Origin: Promethearchaeota archaeon
GTDB taxonomy: Archaea; Asgardarchaeota; Thorarchaeia; Thorarchaeales; Thorarchaeaceae
Assembly (NCBI GenBank): GCA_014728035.1
Contig: WJMJ01000148.1
Coordinates: 32,001 to 96,000 of the forward strand
Direction: 5' to 3'
Length of the DNA: 64,000 nucleotides
Position 1 is the first letter of the stretch; each line of letters begins with the position of its first letter. The notes below the pieces were generated by a model that saw only the letters and a program-made list of their open reading frames with translations, did no database searches and was not told the DNA's origin. A program made the position numbers and the translations under genes. Positions 17,897-29,433 of this stretch are shown here, one piece after another.

Positions 17897-20752
17897 CTAT
17901 TTTCTTCTCTTCACCAGACAAATTATTGCAATTAAAGCAACAATTCCAACACCCACAATCATTGCGTTTTGTTGGATGAAACTGATAATTCTATCAATAA
18001 TTTCTCCTGCTGGCGGTATGCTATCAGTAGTCGTTGATGATGTTGTTTCCCCATCAGAAACAGATGTGAAACTATACTCTGTTGAGAGAACGATATTTCC
18101 AGCATTATCGACAGCAGCAACTCTGTATTTCACAGAACTTCCAGCGGGAGCAGGGGGAACATAACCAACATATAATCCATTATCAAGAACCATACCAACC
18201 TGATTTGTCGAGATCCAATTGTCGATAGTGAAATGAATGACTACCGAGTTCAACCCTGAGGAGTTCAGAGGTTCACTTACATTAGCCTTTATTTCAATGA
18301 ACATTGATTGAGTGATTGTGCCAGTTTGGTTTGTTGTCAATGTATGGATGGTAGGACCCAAATTGTCACCAACGACATATTCCTCAACGTACATAGGTAT
18401 CCCTATAGAAGATGAGCTTACAGGTGTGATTCTATAATCAACGTGTGTTCCGTACGCACTTGCTGGTATAGTTACACTGTAGCTATTTCCAGAACCAGCT
18501 GTCATATTGAATATGCTGCTCGAAGAGAAATCATCGTAAGACAATTCGAATGGTACGAAATCTGCGTTGTGTATGGTTGCGTTAATTACTATAGCACTTT
18601 CATAAGTCGGTATGGAAGGTATCAAGTCTACCGATTCAATAACAGGAATATTACTCGTTTCTATGACCGCCTGACATACGTTGAGTTTTCCGTAACCCCA
18701 GACATAACTGGGGATACCACCAGGAGGTGGATTGATAACTCCAGTAAATGTATCAGTATATGCAGTTTTTTCAATTATGTCCTTGACCAATGAACCAACA
18801 TCATTGTTCAATTGGAGAATAAGAGCTGCAGCGCCAGCAACATGGGGTCCAGCTGCTGAAGTACCACTAAAGAGTTGATAGCCACCAAATACTGGATAAC
18901 ATGGCATACCACCAGTTGTCCACCAAGCAGCATACGGAGAGTCATCCGACCAAGAAGATACTACATCCCAGCCACCTGGCGCTGAAATCGACATATGATT
19001 ATTTCCATCGATTCTAGGGCCTAGTGATGAGTATGTTGCTATTGCACCAGCAGGAGGATATCCTTGCGATACCCAGATGTTTCTACTATGATAGGAAGCT
19101 ACAGCAATCGCTTTGTCAGCAGTTGCAGGCCACGTGATAGTATATTGACTATCTACGGAATCATACCAAGACGCACCATAACTCCATCCAGATGCATCAT
19201 CCGCAATATACAGATGAATCTTTCCAGCTGCAGTAGTATTGATATCAATATCCCAGTATTGAGTATCTTCAATTGTTCCCGAGATGTCAATCGCAAACAT
19301 GTAAGTTCCACGTGAGGAAACAGACTTGAAGGTGTCAATGGTAACATTGCTTGAGGTAATTGCATTCTGGAAGTTATAATATCCCGAAGAGAATGTTAAT
19401 TGATGATCAATTGTTCCAGAAGCTGTTGGTTCAGTGATATTGATTTTTGCATCAGAGATATTGGTCTTAGAAAGAACTGTTAAATACATCTCAGTAATTC
19501 CAGCACCATTGGGTGCATAAAATCGAGTTGAAGTAATGGAATTTGATACTGACGTATACGACGCATGTCTGAAGCCTTCAGATCCGCTACCGCGCATATT
19601 TCCAGCTGGTACGATAACAGGTATTCCACTAGCAGTTAAAGAGTCAATCATACTCTCGACATTACTCGAACCGTCAAGATACTGATAGCTCCATGCTCCA
19701 AGTTCAATGATTATCACATCAGCCCCATGGTCACGGGCCCAAATTAGACCTTCCTCTACTGTTAGCCCATCAGAACCAAAGACATTGATAGCCATCAATT
19801 CTGCATCAGGAGCTACACCAACAAATTGTCTGTAACCTAACTGCCCACCATTAAGAATTCCAGCTACCCCAGTTCCATGTCCATCAGTGTCATCAAACAA
19901 ACTGTAGGTCAGATTGGATCCTCGCTCATAGACCTGAACAACACCAAAGGGCTTATGGACAAGATACTTTGTCTTTGGAGTCTTCAGACCTACTAGAATA
20001 TCCCCAGTATCAAAAATTCCAAAATTGGCTGTATCATTTATGACAAAGAAGGTATCTCCATAATCTAAACTACCAGAAACACTTCCATTATCCATCCAAA
20101 TCCAATCTACTGTCATATTGAAAGTACCACTATTATCAACGTCAATAGTATACAGGGTTTCATCAGCAGAAATGGTAAGATCATTGTTTATATCAATGCC
20201 ATCAGTCCCATTGTCAAATTGCCAATTTATTGCCACATCAAAATAGTTGTATTTCGCTCCATCCGGGAAGAAAAAGTCCGGATGCCTCCATTGAATACCT
20301 GTATCAAGATCAGCAATTAGAATATCCTTTCCAGTCAAGTTTCTTCCTGCAATATCCTGCATTTGCCATGCAAGATTTGTATACGTATCATTTATTGAAA
20401 CATCTCTCGGACTTGTTTTTATCCGTTCAACAATCGGATCAATCTGAAGCGTATATGGGTCATCGTGGAGAAACAACCTAGTAGCTTCAGAAATTTTAGC
20501 TAGATAGATAGTTCCTACATTCTTAATTGAAGAACCAAAATCTACACCTACTGATTCATAATATGCAATATCTACTGCATCAAGTTCGCGGGAAAATTTT
20601 ATCGTGACTTCACTCTTCGGCCCATCATCATTTACAAAAGATTCTGGATCAGGTTTCGTAGTTGTTACTACTTCTGACTCAGCATGATAGACAGGACTAC
20701 TGAATATTACAAGGGCTATAAGGAGAATAGCCAACACTGACGTGCGGTGCAT
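17897..20752 (-). CDS. membrane-anchored S8 subtilisin-like serine protease
   Basis: Catalytic motifs ADLDTG, DGHGTGVAG, PAGN and FSGTSAAGPHVAG; signal peptide from ATG 20752; C-terminal TM plus KRRK. Confidence 0.93.
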   Translation of the reverse strand: MHRTSVLAILLIALVIFSSPVYHAESEVVTTTKPDPESFVNDDGPKSEVTIKFSRELDAVDIAYYESVGVDFGSSIKNVGTIYLAKISEATRLFLHDDPYTLQIDPIVERIKTSPRDVSINDTYTNLAWQMQDIAGRNLTGKDILIADLDTGIQWRHPDFFFPDGAKYNYFDVAINWQFDNGTDGIDINNDLTISADETLYTIDVDNSGTFNMTVDWIWMDNGSVSGSLDYGDTFFVINDTANFGIFDTGDILVGLKTPKTKYLVHKPFGVVQVYERGSNLTYSLFDDTDGHGTGVAGILNGGQLGYRQFVGVAPDAELMAINVFGSDGLTVEEGLIWARDHGADVIIIELGAWSYQYLDGSSNVESMIDSLTASGIPVIVPAGNMRGSGSEGFRHASYTSVSNSITSTRFYAPNGAGITEMYLTVLSKTNISDAKINITEPTASGTIDHQLTFSSGYYNFQNAITSSNVTIDTFKSVSSRGTYMFAIDISGTIEDTQYWDIDINTTAAGKIHLYIADDASGWSYGASWYDSVDSQYTITWPATADKAIAVASYHSRNIWVSQGYPPAGAIATYSSLGPRIDGNNHMSISAPGGWDVVSSWSDDSPYAAWWTTGGMPCYPVFGGYQLFSGTSAAGPHVAGAAALILQLNNDVGSLVKDIIEKTAYTDTFTGVINPPPGGIPSYVWGYGKLNVCQAVIETSNIPVIESVDLIPSIPTYESAIVINATIHNADFVPFELSYDDFSSSSIFNMTAGSGNSYSVTIPASAYGTHVDYRITPVSSSSIGIPMYVEEYVVGDNLGPTIHTLTTNQTGTITQSMFIEIKANVSEPLNSSGLNSVVIHFTIDNWISTNQVGMVLDNGLYVGYVPPAPAGSSVKYRVAAVDNAGNIVLSTEYSFTSVSDGETTSSTTTDSIPPAGEIIDRIISFIQQNAMIVGVGIVALIAIICLVKRRK

Positions 20753-20990
20753 ATCATCCCTCTCTGAATAATTATCCATAACTAGAAATATATGAAGGTT
20801 GAGCATATGAGTTCTGTACGATTTTTCGAAAGGATATATGCAAAAGGGTCAGCAAAATCAAGATTTTCTCCAACAAAGGTGGAAAGAAATATATAATAAT
20901 TTGTTAGATTACTGGTAGAGTTAGTATTGAACTATGGGCATTCTTTGGTATTAGTACTCGTTATGAAATTACTACTCAAGAGGATAACAC

Positions 20991-23900
20991 ATGACTACCT
21001 TACGAAAATCGATTTTATTTCTAGTTACAATCTTGTTCATGTCTAGTATTTTATTGGTAAATCCCATTACCACAACACATGATAGTGTGACTAAAGAAAG
21101 CACTGAGATCTCTGAAGATATCAAGGAAATTCAAGACTATTATAATAAAGTCAAGTCACCTGAATTCACCCCAGAAGTTCACCATTTACTAACCTCATGG
21201 CAAAATGGTGAAGACGTATCTGATTCGCTAATAATGCAAGATGGAAAACCTAGCATTACCATCTATGGAACAAATCAAATGAGTTTCACAGAGGTAGAGC
21301 AAAAAGTTGAACTCACTTGGAAAGCTGATTTGAAAGCGCTTCGAGTGGTTAAAGCGTACTTGCCATCATCAGATGCAATTGAAGAAATTCTTACTATTGA
21401 AGGTGTAACTACTATTTCTGCAAATGAACTAAGTGATACCTCAAACGATTTGATTAAGAACTTGAATACCGTTTCTGAAATCGAACCCGGTCTAGATATG
21501 GAGCAGGTAAGAGAGATTGTGAAAAGTAGTGCGACCTATACTAGATACACTGGAGAAGGTGTGACAATCGGTCATGTTGATACCGGATGTGATTTTGGTC
21601 ATCCAGCTTTACAACATGCATATCATCAAGATAGTTTTGATCCCAGTGGGTTTAGCCTTGTTCCTACCATAACTAATGCTAATACAACTGAAATCATCGA
21701 CACTGAAGATTGGTTATTATATGGAAACATTCTGACATATGAAAATGAAGGAAAAATATACATCAATACTACCGATTGGGATCCATGGGTGAATAACCAA
21801 GGTAGTGCACGAAGTCTTATGGGACTCTTGCCTCCATATGGCGATGGATATCCATACGGTAGTAACGTTGGATTTGTAGGTGTCTACGAGTGGGCATGGG
21901 AAATAAATAATGCTTCAGAATTTGTTGCTACTGAACTCTGGAAAGATTGGGAAATCCCTAGTAGTATAACTGGAAATATCAGTCTTGGTTGGGTATTCCA
22001 GCAAAGGCAAAATCCCTATACCAAAATGTTTGCACCTGCTTTGTTGTTCCAGGAAGGAAACGAATGGAACCTCGTGATTGACTGGGAAGGTGCTGAAGGA
22101 TGGACAGCATTCTGGAACGGTGGTATGTATTGGGAGAGTCTCGATCTTAACAATACTGTTGACAGAACCAAGATTACTGACTTATTTGATTGGAGCTTTG
22201 CTGACGATTATGCCGATGGCGATATTTACAATCTAAGTAATCCTATTGTTGCTGAAGACATTGATGGTGATGGAATCGACGATTTTAGCTTAGGAGCTTT
22301 ATCCTGGACCTACGACGCAGATACATGGTTCCAAGACGAAAAGATGTTCAAAGGATTCCGCTCGGATGGTGAAGCATTTGCCTTGTATTTCGACCATGGA
22401 ACTCATGGTACCGCTACTGCAGCTCACATAGCTGCGAAAGACAATTTGGGTACATTTTATGATGAAGATAATGAAAGATATACTAACCTTACAGGAATAG
22501 CACCGGATGCAAAAATACTATCAGTTAGTACATTAACTACTGGTGTGGATTATGGAGGTTATTTGTGGATATGTGGTTTTGATTATAATGAAACCACGGA
22601 TAGATTCTACTACAATGCCACGAGCACACACCAAGCAGATCTTACATCCAATTCTTGGGGCTGGATTACGGAACCAAGTAGCGAATTTAATTACATCTCA
22701 ATGACATGGACAATTCTGTCAGTTCCCGACTACCTTGATGCTTCATATCCAGGTGTGCTACATGTCTTCTCAGCAGGTAACGAGGGTGCTGGTTTTATGA
22801 CTGGTGGTCCACCAGGATGTAGTCCAGGTGTACTTACAGTTGGTGCCTCAACAGCTAGCGAATGGCTAGGATACCTATATGGTGACACACAACCCTACTC
22901 AAATGGATTAGCAAACTTCGCTAGCAAAGGACCCAACTTTTCTGGTTATCCAAAGCCCGATGTTGTAGCTCCTGGTTTTGCCGACTTTTCTGCGAATCCA
23001 TGGTACAGTCAATATCTAGGACAGTACTACTATCCAAGTCCCTACGGATACGTTCCAACCGCTAACACTACACTATTCAGTGGTACAAGTCAGGCAGCTC
23101 CTATCGCAGCTGGTGTTGCAGCACTTGTTGTAGAAGCGGCAGCTTCAACATTAGCACCTTCAAGAATCAAGACTATTTTACAAAGTAGTGCAGGTGATCT
23201 TGGCTATGGTCCAGCAACTCAAGGTTTTGGTCTTGTTAACGCAGAGGAGGCATGTGATTTCGCAGATGGTTCAGGTGGATTCATTGGAGAAACAATTGAT
23301 TCATTCAACAATGTGGCTGAACAGCTTGATAATGCGTATGATTATTGGGGAGTTTTCCCAATTTCATCAATAACTGGAACTGTTCTAGAATCCCAATCTT
23401 CAGAACATCCACGAAACATGGATGATGCATCCATCTATTTTGGATTAGTCATGCCAACTGATACTGTTACTGTCAATTACAAGGTCTATAATGCAGGTAA
23501 TGTTACCCCTGAAGATGCAACTGGAACAACATATTCAGCTGGCGAATATACACTCGCAGAGAGTTATTCATTTCAAGGTCAAACATTCTCATACAACGAT
23601 ACAGTTGTAACTGATAGCCAGATGTATGGATGGTATAACCTCAGTTATTCGGTAAACAACCCCTTATTTGACGTTGCATTGAATCAGTACAACTACATGA
23701 CAATTGTCATTTCATTCAATGCATCTGATGTAGCAGGTTACGAACCTTGGAGTTTTCTATATGATTGGACGGACTCGAATGGCGACGAGATGCCGAATCA
23801 ATACAATCAAAGTACAGGGATTGGTGATGAGTTGGATAGATTGGGGAGTGCATCGGACCCGAGTAACATCAATATGATGCCTTATGCTGTTAGAAGTTCA

Positions 23901-26042
23901 GAAACACTATATACTGAACATGGAGCGAATCTTACTATCGTGATTCATGATCCAATTCATGATATAGACATGTCTGCAATAGGAAACGACTTCACCTGTA
24001 AAATACTATTCTGGCAAATTTCAAATACTGACCTATCTGGGTCTGGAGAGATAAATCTAATAGAAGATGATGGTTTACCAAATACCTACAATATTTCACT
24101 TGATGTCCCTATCGGTGCTGACTATGGAATTCATCAAGGATACATATTTCTGCAATCCTATAACTTGACCATTCCTTATAGTTACAATGTAGTAGCTAAT
24201 TTGACAGGAAATGCAGGTGCCATTCATACAATCGTTGATGGAGCAGGTGACCAGCTTCAACCATTTGATGCACCAATGTATGGTTGCATGGAGTCAGATC
24301 CAGATGACTGGGACTTTCGAAGTTTCGTGATTTACAATCCAAACACTGCAGCTAGTAATCTTGCTGCTCGTGTAGAATGGCCAACCTTAGACAACAATAT
24401 GACAGTTGAGATATTGACCAGCTCAGGTCAAACTATTGCTGAAAATGGTATAGGTGAGCCCTATAGTACAGGAGTCATCACAGATTCTCTAGACACCCCA
24501 GAGGGATATTACTATATCCTCATTCATGCAACAGAACTCAGTGGTTTCATTGAAAAACCAGCTAACTATACTTTAGAAGTCATGTGGTACGACCTTTTGC
24601 CCGATGAGGAGCCGATTCTCCAATGGAAATCGAATGACCAGCCCAGTTTCACCCAGATAATGGATGAGGATAATTTAGTTGGAGACCATGTGATTATTAA
24701 TGCAACCTACCCAGAATTTAACCTTGTAAATATGCCAGAATATGAGATTACAGAAATCTCTATGAATTTGTATTCTGGTTTGTACAAGACAGAGTTTGGA
24801 AACCTTGTTATTCCAAGTCCTAATTATGATCCGTTCAGTGGAATAATTGACACAAGCCAGTTTGCTTGGGAATACATTTCTGGTATTAAAGAGAATGAAA
24901 TAGTAGATATAACCTGTGAATTCAACAATGAAGATTCAGATATAATGGTTTGGTGGCAAGACACCGATAGTTCATCATGGAGCTTTGTGAATAATCTTGT
25001 GGGAAATTCTATGAATACTTCAAACAACCCGGAGTCGGGACAATTCATTGCTAATCGTGATGGCACACTTGCAATCGGAATCTTTGACTTTAGTAAGGAC
25101 GCAGGTACCTATTTGGTTAGCGTAGATACTCGTAGGGGATTCACAGAAACTGCCGATTCTCGAACACTTATGGTAGACTCCTATAGGACTCTAGGGAATG
25201 GTGTCTATGGAATTCAAATAACAGCTAGAACTGGAACAAACAACGTATTATCCTTCTCTCTAAGCTCAATTAATATAACTAATTTCTTTGCTCCTGAGAT
25301 ATCCAACCTAGTTATTACTGGCGAAGATGTAAAAACGGTAGAATGGGATATATCGGACCGTAACGCAGATGACGAGCATATCTATGATATCTATTTGTCA
25401 CAAGATGATGGTTTGAGTTTTCAACTGCTAAATTCTGATTTCAAAGGTAGCCAATATATCTGGGATTCAACCGGTTTCTTATCCCGTGAGAATTACATCA
25501 TAAAGATAGTAGCTTTTGATAATTCCACGACCTATCGGCCTTTGGGTTATGCTATTTGGCCAGGTCTTACTGATACTATAATTTCAGACAAATTCAGTGC
25601 AGGAACAGTTATTCCTGCAGCTCCTATAATAGACCATCCGTCAGATATCACATTTGAAAATGGTACAATTGGGAATTTTCTTTCATGGCATCTCGAAAGT
25701 GACATTCCAGATAGCTACGTATTGACTCTTAATGGTGATATGCTCCTATCTGGAAACTGGGATGGATCAAACATTTCCATAATACTGGACTGGCTAAGTC
25801 CAGGTTCATATATATTTGAGCTAACTGTAAATGATACAGTAGGCCAGAGTGTTAGTGATTCAGTGAATGTAATAGTAACAGCTGACGGAACTGATACATC
25901 AACAAGTACAACAACTGAAACTACAACTACGACGACAAATCCTGAAATCGTAGACCCAGTCATGATGCTCGTAATCATTGGTGGAGGAGTAGGAATCATT
26001 GCTATCATTGTAGTCATTATATCCCTACGTAAGAGAGGTTAA
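20991..26042 (+). CDS. large membrane-anchored S8 subtilisin-like serine protease (1683 aa)
   Basis: GHVDTG, THGTATAA, SAGNEG and FSGTSQAAPIAAG; long insert between the Asp and His motifs; Ig-like C-terminal domains, Thr linker, TM, RKRG. Confidence 0.93.
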   Translation: MTTLRKSILFLVTILFMSSILLVNPITTTHDSVTKESTEISEDIKEIQDYYNKVKSPEFTPEVHHLLTSWQNGEDVSDSLIMQDGKPSITIYGTNQMSFTEVEQKVELTWKADLKALRVVKAYLPSSDAIEEILTIEGVTTISANELSDTSNDLIKNLNTVSEIEPGLDMEQVREIVKSSATYTRYTGEGVTIGHVDTGCDFGHPALQHAYHQDSFDPSGFSLVPTITNANTTEIIDTEDWLLYGNILTYENEGKIYINTTDWDPWVNNQGSARSLMGLLPPYGDGYPYGSNVGFVGVYEWAWEINNASEFVATELWKDWEIPSSITGNISLGWVFQQRQNPYTKMFAPALLFQEGNEWNLVIDWEGAEGWTAFWNGGMYWESLDLNNTVDRTKITDLFDWSFADDYADGDIYNLSNPIVAEDIDGDGIDDFSLGALSWTYDADTWFQDEKMFKGFRSDGEAFALYFDHGTHGTATAAHIAAKDNLGTFYDEDNERYTNLTGIAPDAKILSVSTLTTGVDYGGYLWICGFDYNETTDRFYYNATSTHQADLTSNSWGWITEPSSEFNYISMTWTILSVPDYLDASYPGVLHVFSAGNEGAGFMTGGPPGCSPGVLTVGASTASEWLGYLYGDTQPYSNGLANFASKGPNFSGYPKPDVVAPGFADFSANPWYSQYLGQYYYPSPYGYVPTANTTLFSGTSQAAPIAAGVAALVVEAAASTLAPSRIKTILQSSAGDLGYGPATQGFGLVNAEEACDFADGSGGFIGETIDSFNNVAEQLDNAYDYWGVFPISSITGTVLESQSSEHPRNMDDASIYFGLVMPTDTVTVNYKVYNAGNVTPEDATGTTYSAGEYTLAESYSFQGQTFSYNDTVVTDSQMYGWYNLSYSVNNPLFDVALNQYNYMTIVISFNASDVAGYEPWSFLYDWTDSNGDEMPNQYNQSTGIGDELDRLGSASDPSNINMMPYAVRSSETLYTEHGANLTIVIHDPIHDIDMSAIGNDFTCKILFWQISNTDLSGSGEINLIEDDGLPNTYNISLDVPIGADYGIHQGYIFLQSYNLTIPYSYNVVANLTGNAGAIHTIVDGAGDQLQPFDAPMYGCMESDPDDWDFRSFVIYNPNTAASNLAARVEWPTLDNNMTVEILTSSGQTIAENGIGEPYSTGVITDSLDTPEGYYYILIHATELSGFIEKPANYTLEVMWYDLLPDEEPILQWKSNDQPSFTQIMDEDNLVGDHVIINATYPEFNLVNMPEYEITEISMNLYSGLYKTEFGNLVIPSPNYDPFSGIIDTSQFAWEYISGIKENEIVDITCEFNNEDSDIMVWWQDTDSSSWSFVNNLVGNSMNTSNNPESGQFIANRDGTLAIGIFDFSKDAGTYLVSVDTRRGFTETADSRTLMVDSYRTLGNGVYGIQITARTGTNNVLSFSLSSINITNFFAPEISNLVITGEDVKTVEWDISDRNADDEHIYDIYLSQDDGLSFQLLNSDFKGSQYIWDSTGFLSRENYIIKIVAFDNSTTYRPLGYAIWPGLTDTIISDKFSAGTVIPAAPIIDHPSDITFENGTIGNFLSWHLESDIPDSYVLTLNGDMLLSGNWDGSNISIILDWLSPGSYIFELTVNDTVGQSVSDSVNVIVTADGTDTSTSTTTETTTTTTNPEIVDPVMMLVIIGGGVGIIAIIVVIISLRKRG

Positions 26043-26051
26043 ATAGAATCT

Positions 26052-26085
26052 AAGGGCATCAACATAATTGCCCTTTTTCTTTTTT
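26052..26085 (+). terminator. hairpin plus T-tract terminator
   Basis: AAGGGCA...TGCCCTT stem followed by TTTCTTTTTT just after the stop codon. Confidence 0.65.
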
Positions 26086-26199
26086 ATTTAATGGGACTCA
26101 TAGAAGACAAACCTGAAGAACTAATTACTTCGTCCAATCCTGAAAGTTACTCGGTTTTATTATTCATACTAGTTAAAAGGGAAACATACTGTCATAGAG

Positions 26200-26832
26200 A
26201 TGGAAGTATTCGATATGGTAGAAGAAATTACCATTTGGGCAGATACAAAGAAGAGTGCAAAAGTTGTTGAGAATTTCCCCGCAAACACTACATCAATAGA
26301 CCTCAGCGACAGAAGAATTGCATCATTGGACCCAGAGATATTCAAAGAGTTTCCAAAGTTGGAAGTACTAACCCTCTCTGGAAATGAAATATCAAGTATT
26401 GATCTAACCTACATTGGAGAAGCAGAAAATCTAGTCGAATTATCACTCAATGCAAACGAAATTGACATAATCGATTTATCTCCTCTATCAGGTCTAGAAA
26501 ATCTGACCCATCTAGGTCTTTCATTCAACAGGTTGAAAACGGTCAATCTTGGACCCTTGAGTAAATGCAAAAGTCTCAAGGCATTACACCTGTATGATAA
26601 CAAGATAGACTCCATTGATCTCATGCCACTTGTTAAATGTAAGAAGCTTAGAAATCTTACACTACAAAATAATCCATTGAAGACCCTCGATATCACTGCA
26701 TTATTTAGATGCAAGACACTTGTTCAATTCGGAATTGACGATGAGGTGAAACTAACTGCTGATAAAAAGTACAAGGATAAGAAAATCCCCTATGGTCTGA
26801 AAGGATTCAAGAGCAGAATTGAATGGATTTGA
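26200..26832 (+). CDS. leucine-rich repeat protein
   Basis: Repeated LxxLxLxxNxIxxIDLxPL units. Confidence 0.9.
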   Translation: MEVFDMVEEITIWADTKKSAKVVENFPANTTSIDLSDRRIASLDPEIFKEFPKLEVLTLSGNEISSIDLTYIGEAENLVELSLNANEIDIIDLSPLSGLENLTHLGLSFNRLKTVNLGPLSKCKSLKALHLYDNKIDSIDLMPLVKCKKLRNLTLQNNPLKTLDITALFRCKTLVQFGIDDEVKLTADKKYKDKKIPYGLKGFKSRIEWI

Positions 26833-26890
26833 GTGATGCTTGTATAGTATCCCGTAATAAACGGCACAGAAGACTTAAGAATCTGTTCAA

Positions 26891-27568
26891 GTGAGAATGA
26901 TACTGGTATCACGCTTGAGCGAAGAAACTATCCTAACAAAGATTGGAATAATACTCGAAAGAATAGGAACACTTAGAATTCTTACTGTATTTGCTACACT
27001 TGTTTTGGGAATAGGGGGTTTCATTGCTCAAGATTTTTGGACACTGACCAGTCCGCCTAACGAAGTTACATCCGAGTTATTCTATCTACCACAGATTGTG
27101 TCAGTATATCTTCTAGCGATTATTGGTACCACTGTCTTTACGATAATCGGATATATTGGTAAGATTATTGCAAAAGGAGATCTTATGACAATCATATTCA
27201 TGGTCTTGTTCTTTCTTCCAGCTTTCTATGCTACCCAATCGTTGGGGATTCTCTTTTCACCTGAAGCAATGTCTCTGGAGATTGATTTCGAGCTGTTCGA
27301 AACAATTACATCTTCAGTCTATTCAGCAACTGGAACTCTTTATCTCGCATTTACAATTCTTGGACTTGGCAGAGCAAGTAATAAGAAAACAAGAGTCCCA
27401 GGTTTACTTACAACAATATTCTCATTTATTGCAATGATACAAATGGGGTATACATTTATGCACAATCCTAATGCTGCATTTGTTCATATTTCATTACTAA
27501 CAGCAGTTCCAGCATTCATTGGACTATTCCTTATAGAGAAACGATTTCTATTTGAGGAACAGGACTAA
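26891..27568 (+). CDS. hypothetical multi-pass membrane protein
   Basis: About six hydrophobic helices; no recognised motif. Confidence 0.7.
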   Translation: MRMILVSRLSEETILTKIGIILERIGTLRILTVFATLVLGIGGFIAQDFWTLTSPPNEVTSELFYLPQIVSVYLLAIIGTTVFTIIGYIGKIIAKGDLMTIIFMVLFFLPAFYATQSLGILFSPEAMSLEIDFELFETITSSVYSATGTLYLAFTILGLGRASNKKTRVPGLLTTIFSFIAMIQMGYTFMHNPNAAFVHISLLTAVPAFIGLFLIEKRFLFEEQD

Positions 27569-27604
27569 GCAAAATCTATACCAAACAGAACAAAGGAAAG
27601 AGTC

Positions 27605-28315
27605 GTGATAAACATGAAAATTCTCATCGTTAATGGAAGTCCCCGCGGTACTAGAGGAGCAACCTTTGGTGTTGTCGAGTACTTCATGAAGGGGGCGAAA
27701 GAAGCAGGTGCATCAGTGGATGTACTTCATCTAACTCAGTATAAAATCAATCATTGTACTGGGTGTTTTTCATGCTGGACTAATACTCCTGGAAAATGCA
27801 TTCATAAAGATGACGTAGAAAATCTATTTCCAAGATTAGATGTAGATTTGCTTGTGCTTGCAACGCCTGTATACGTCGATGGTATGACAGGTCTGATGAA
27901 GAATTTTCTAGATCGATTAATTCCATTATCAAGTGGGAAAGTAGAAATAGTAAATGGTCATTCGAGACATCCTAGCAGATATGGAAAGAAACATGGCGAA
28001 AGAAAGCTTGCACTAATTTCAGTATCTGGATTTCCAGAGTTGGATAACTTTGATCCACTCGTCAAACATGTAGAAGCAGTTGCAAAAAATATGCAAAGCG
28101 AATTTGTAGGTGCTATACTGAGACCCAATGCATGGATAATCCCACATATGCTTGAGAGGAATGCTCCCGTTGAAGATATCATTGAAGCAGTCGTGCAATC
28201 TGGTAAAGATATCGTACAGCATGGAGAATTTGATAGAAACACTCTCAATATCATTTCAAGAGAAATCATGCCTGCTGAAAAGGTTGCAGAGCTAATCAGT
28301 CAGGGTTTTCAATAG
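27605..28315 (+). CDS. flavodoxin-family / iron-sulfur flavoprotein (NADPH-dependent FMN reductase-like)
   Basis: NGSPRG, CTGCFSCW...C cluster motif, ATPVY, MKNFLDR. Confidence 0.9.
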   Translation: MINMKILIVNGSPRGTRGATFGVVEYFMKGAKEAGASVDVLHLTQYKINHCTGCFSCWTNTPGKCIHKDDVENLFPRLDVDLLVLATPVYVDGMTGLMKNFLDRLIPLSSGKVEIVNGHSRHPSRYGKKHGERKLALISVSGFPELDNFDPLVKHVEAVAKNMQSEFVGAILRPNAWIIPHMLERNAPVEDIIEAVVQSGKDIVQHGEFDRNTLNIISREIMPAEKVAELISQGFQ

Positions 28316-28332
28316 GCGACGGATAGAATATT

Positions 28333-28914
28333 TCATCCTCTAAACAACAATGCTGCAATCGGAACAGACACTATCATTTGCACAATGAATAGTAAAAATG
28401 TCAGTTTCCAATTTAGTCCAAGATTCTCGTGATATCCAATAATCATGATATACAAATAAAATCCATCTATCAGAATATGAATGATTCCAATAATAATAGG
28501 GTCCAAACCACCAAAGATAAGTAGCGATATCCAATCAAAACTTAACAACAGAGGGAAAGTAGCTAGATTTGCTATTCCACTTACGTTCAAGATTTTATCA
28601 ATATCATTTGATTTAGATAACATCTGCAAAATAACATGTACAAGAGATCCATTAATGAACAATATTGCAATTGAAACAATTGGATATATGAAAACCATGA
28701 TTTTATAGTATTCATCTGTTGGCCAAAAGATTATGAACGAGGGAGGTTCTGGTGAGCGTCCAAGAAATACTAGAGGAAGAAAGAACAGAATTGAAGTAGC
28801 TATACCTCTCAAAAGATATGCTTTTACACTGAAGATTGCTTTTTTATCTGCAATAACGGTAAAGGTTTCTCTTGGTGTTCGATAGATGCATTTCCATGCT
28901 TCCACTAGATTCAA
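28333..28914 (-). CDS. Yip1-family membrane protein
   Basis: N-terminal P..TF motif and five-TM pattern typical of Yip1 domains. Confidence 0.6.
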   Translation of the reverse strand: MNLVEAWKCIYRTPRETFTVIADKKAIFSVKAYLLRGIATSILFFLPLVFLGRSPEPPSFIIFWPTDEYYKIMVFIYPIVSIAILFINGSLVHVILQMLSKSNDIDKILNVSGIANLATFPLLLSFDWISLLIFGGLDPIIIGIIHILIDGFYLYIMIIGYHENLGLNWKLTFLLFIVQMIVSVPIAALLFRG

Positions 28915-28958
28915 GATGATACACCGAAATTAGAAGGATTTGGAAAATATGAACTTGC

Positions 28959-29174
28959 CTATTCCTCTGGAACAAAACCATCGGCTTTTTTATCAGCTAG
29001 TCGTTTCTGCAGAAAATCAATTGCAGCTTGATGATTACTGAATTCCCTTGATGCTTGGTGTCCCCTTGTACCAATTCGTCCAAAGCGAATTGTAACAGCC
29101 TTACCGTGAACTTGCGCACTCCAAAATTGGTTTGTAGTTTTGTTGATATACCTGACCGTCTTTGTTTCACTCAT
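28959..29174 (-). CDS. stand-alone WGR-domain protein
   Basis: NQFWSAQV...VTIRFGRIGTRGHQ...F....A......K..DGF matches the WGR consensus. Confidence 0.85.
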   Translation of the reverse strand: MSETKTVRYINKTTNQFWSAQVHGKAVTIRFGRIGTRGHQASREFSNHQAAIDFLQKRLADKKADGFVPEE

Positions 29175-29433
29175 GAATCGCTGGCCCCATAATGATATTT
29201 CACAAACTAACTAAAGAACTCACCTATACCTAAGTTCCTGCTTGATTTGCTCCACATATCCAAACAAATGTTTGTATCAGGCATGAATCCGATCCGATGA
29301 TTCTAATCAGTTCAACCGGAATCCAATGAGAGGAAGAAATGAACACTTAGTATAATCCTAGTTTTCTACTCGAATCTTCGTTACGTTGTTCTATACACCT
29401 TTTAATCGAATTTGTGTAGATAGCTGGAGCATT

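Noticed and set aside
28333-29174. Yip1 and WGR proteins as eukaryotic signature proteins
   Set aside because: Both domains are widespread in prokaryotes and nothing here links them to trafficking or PARP functions.
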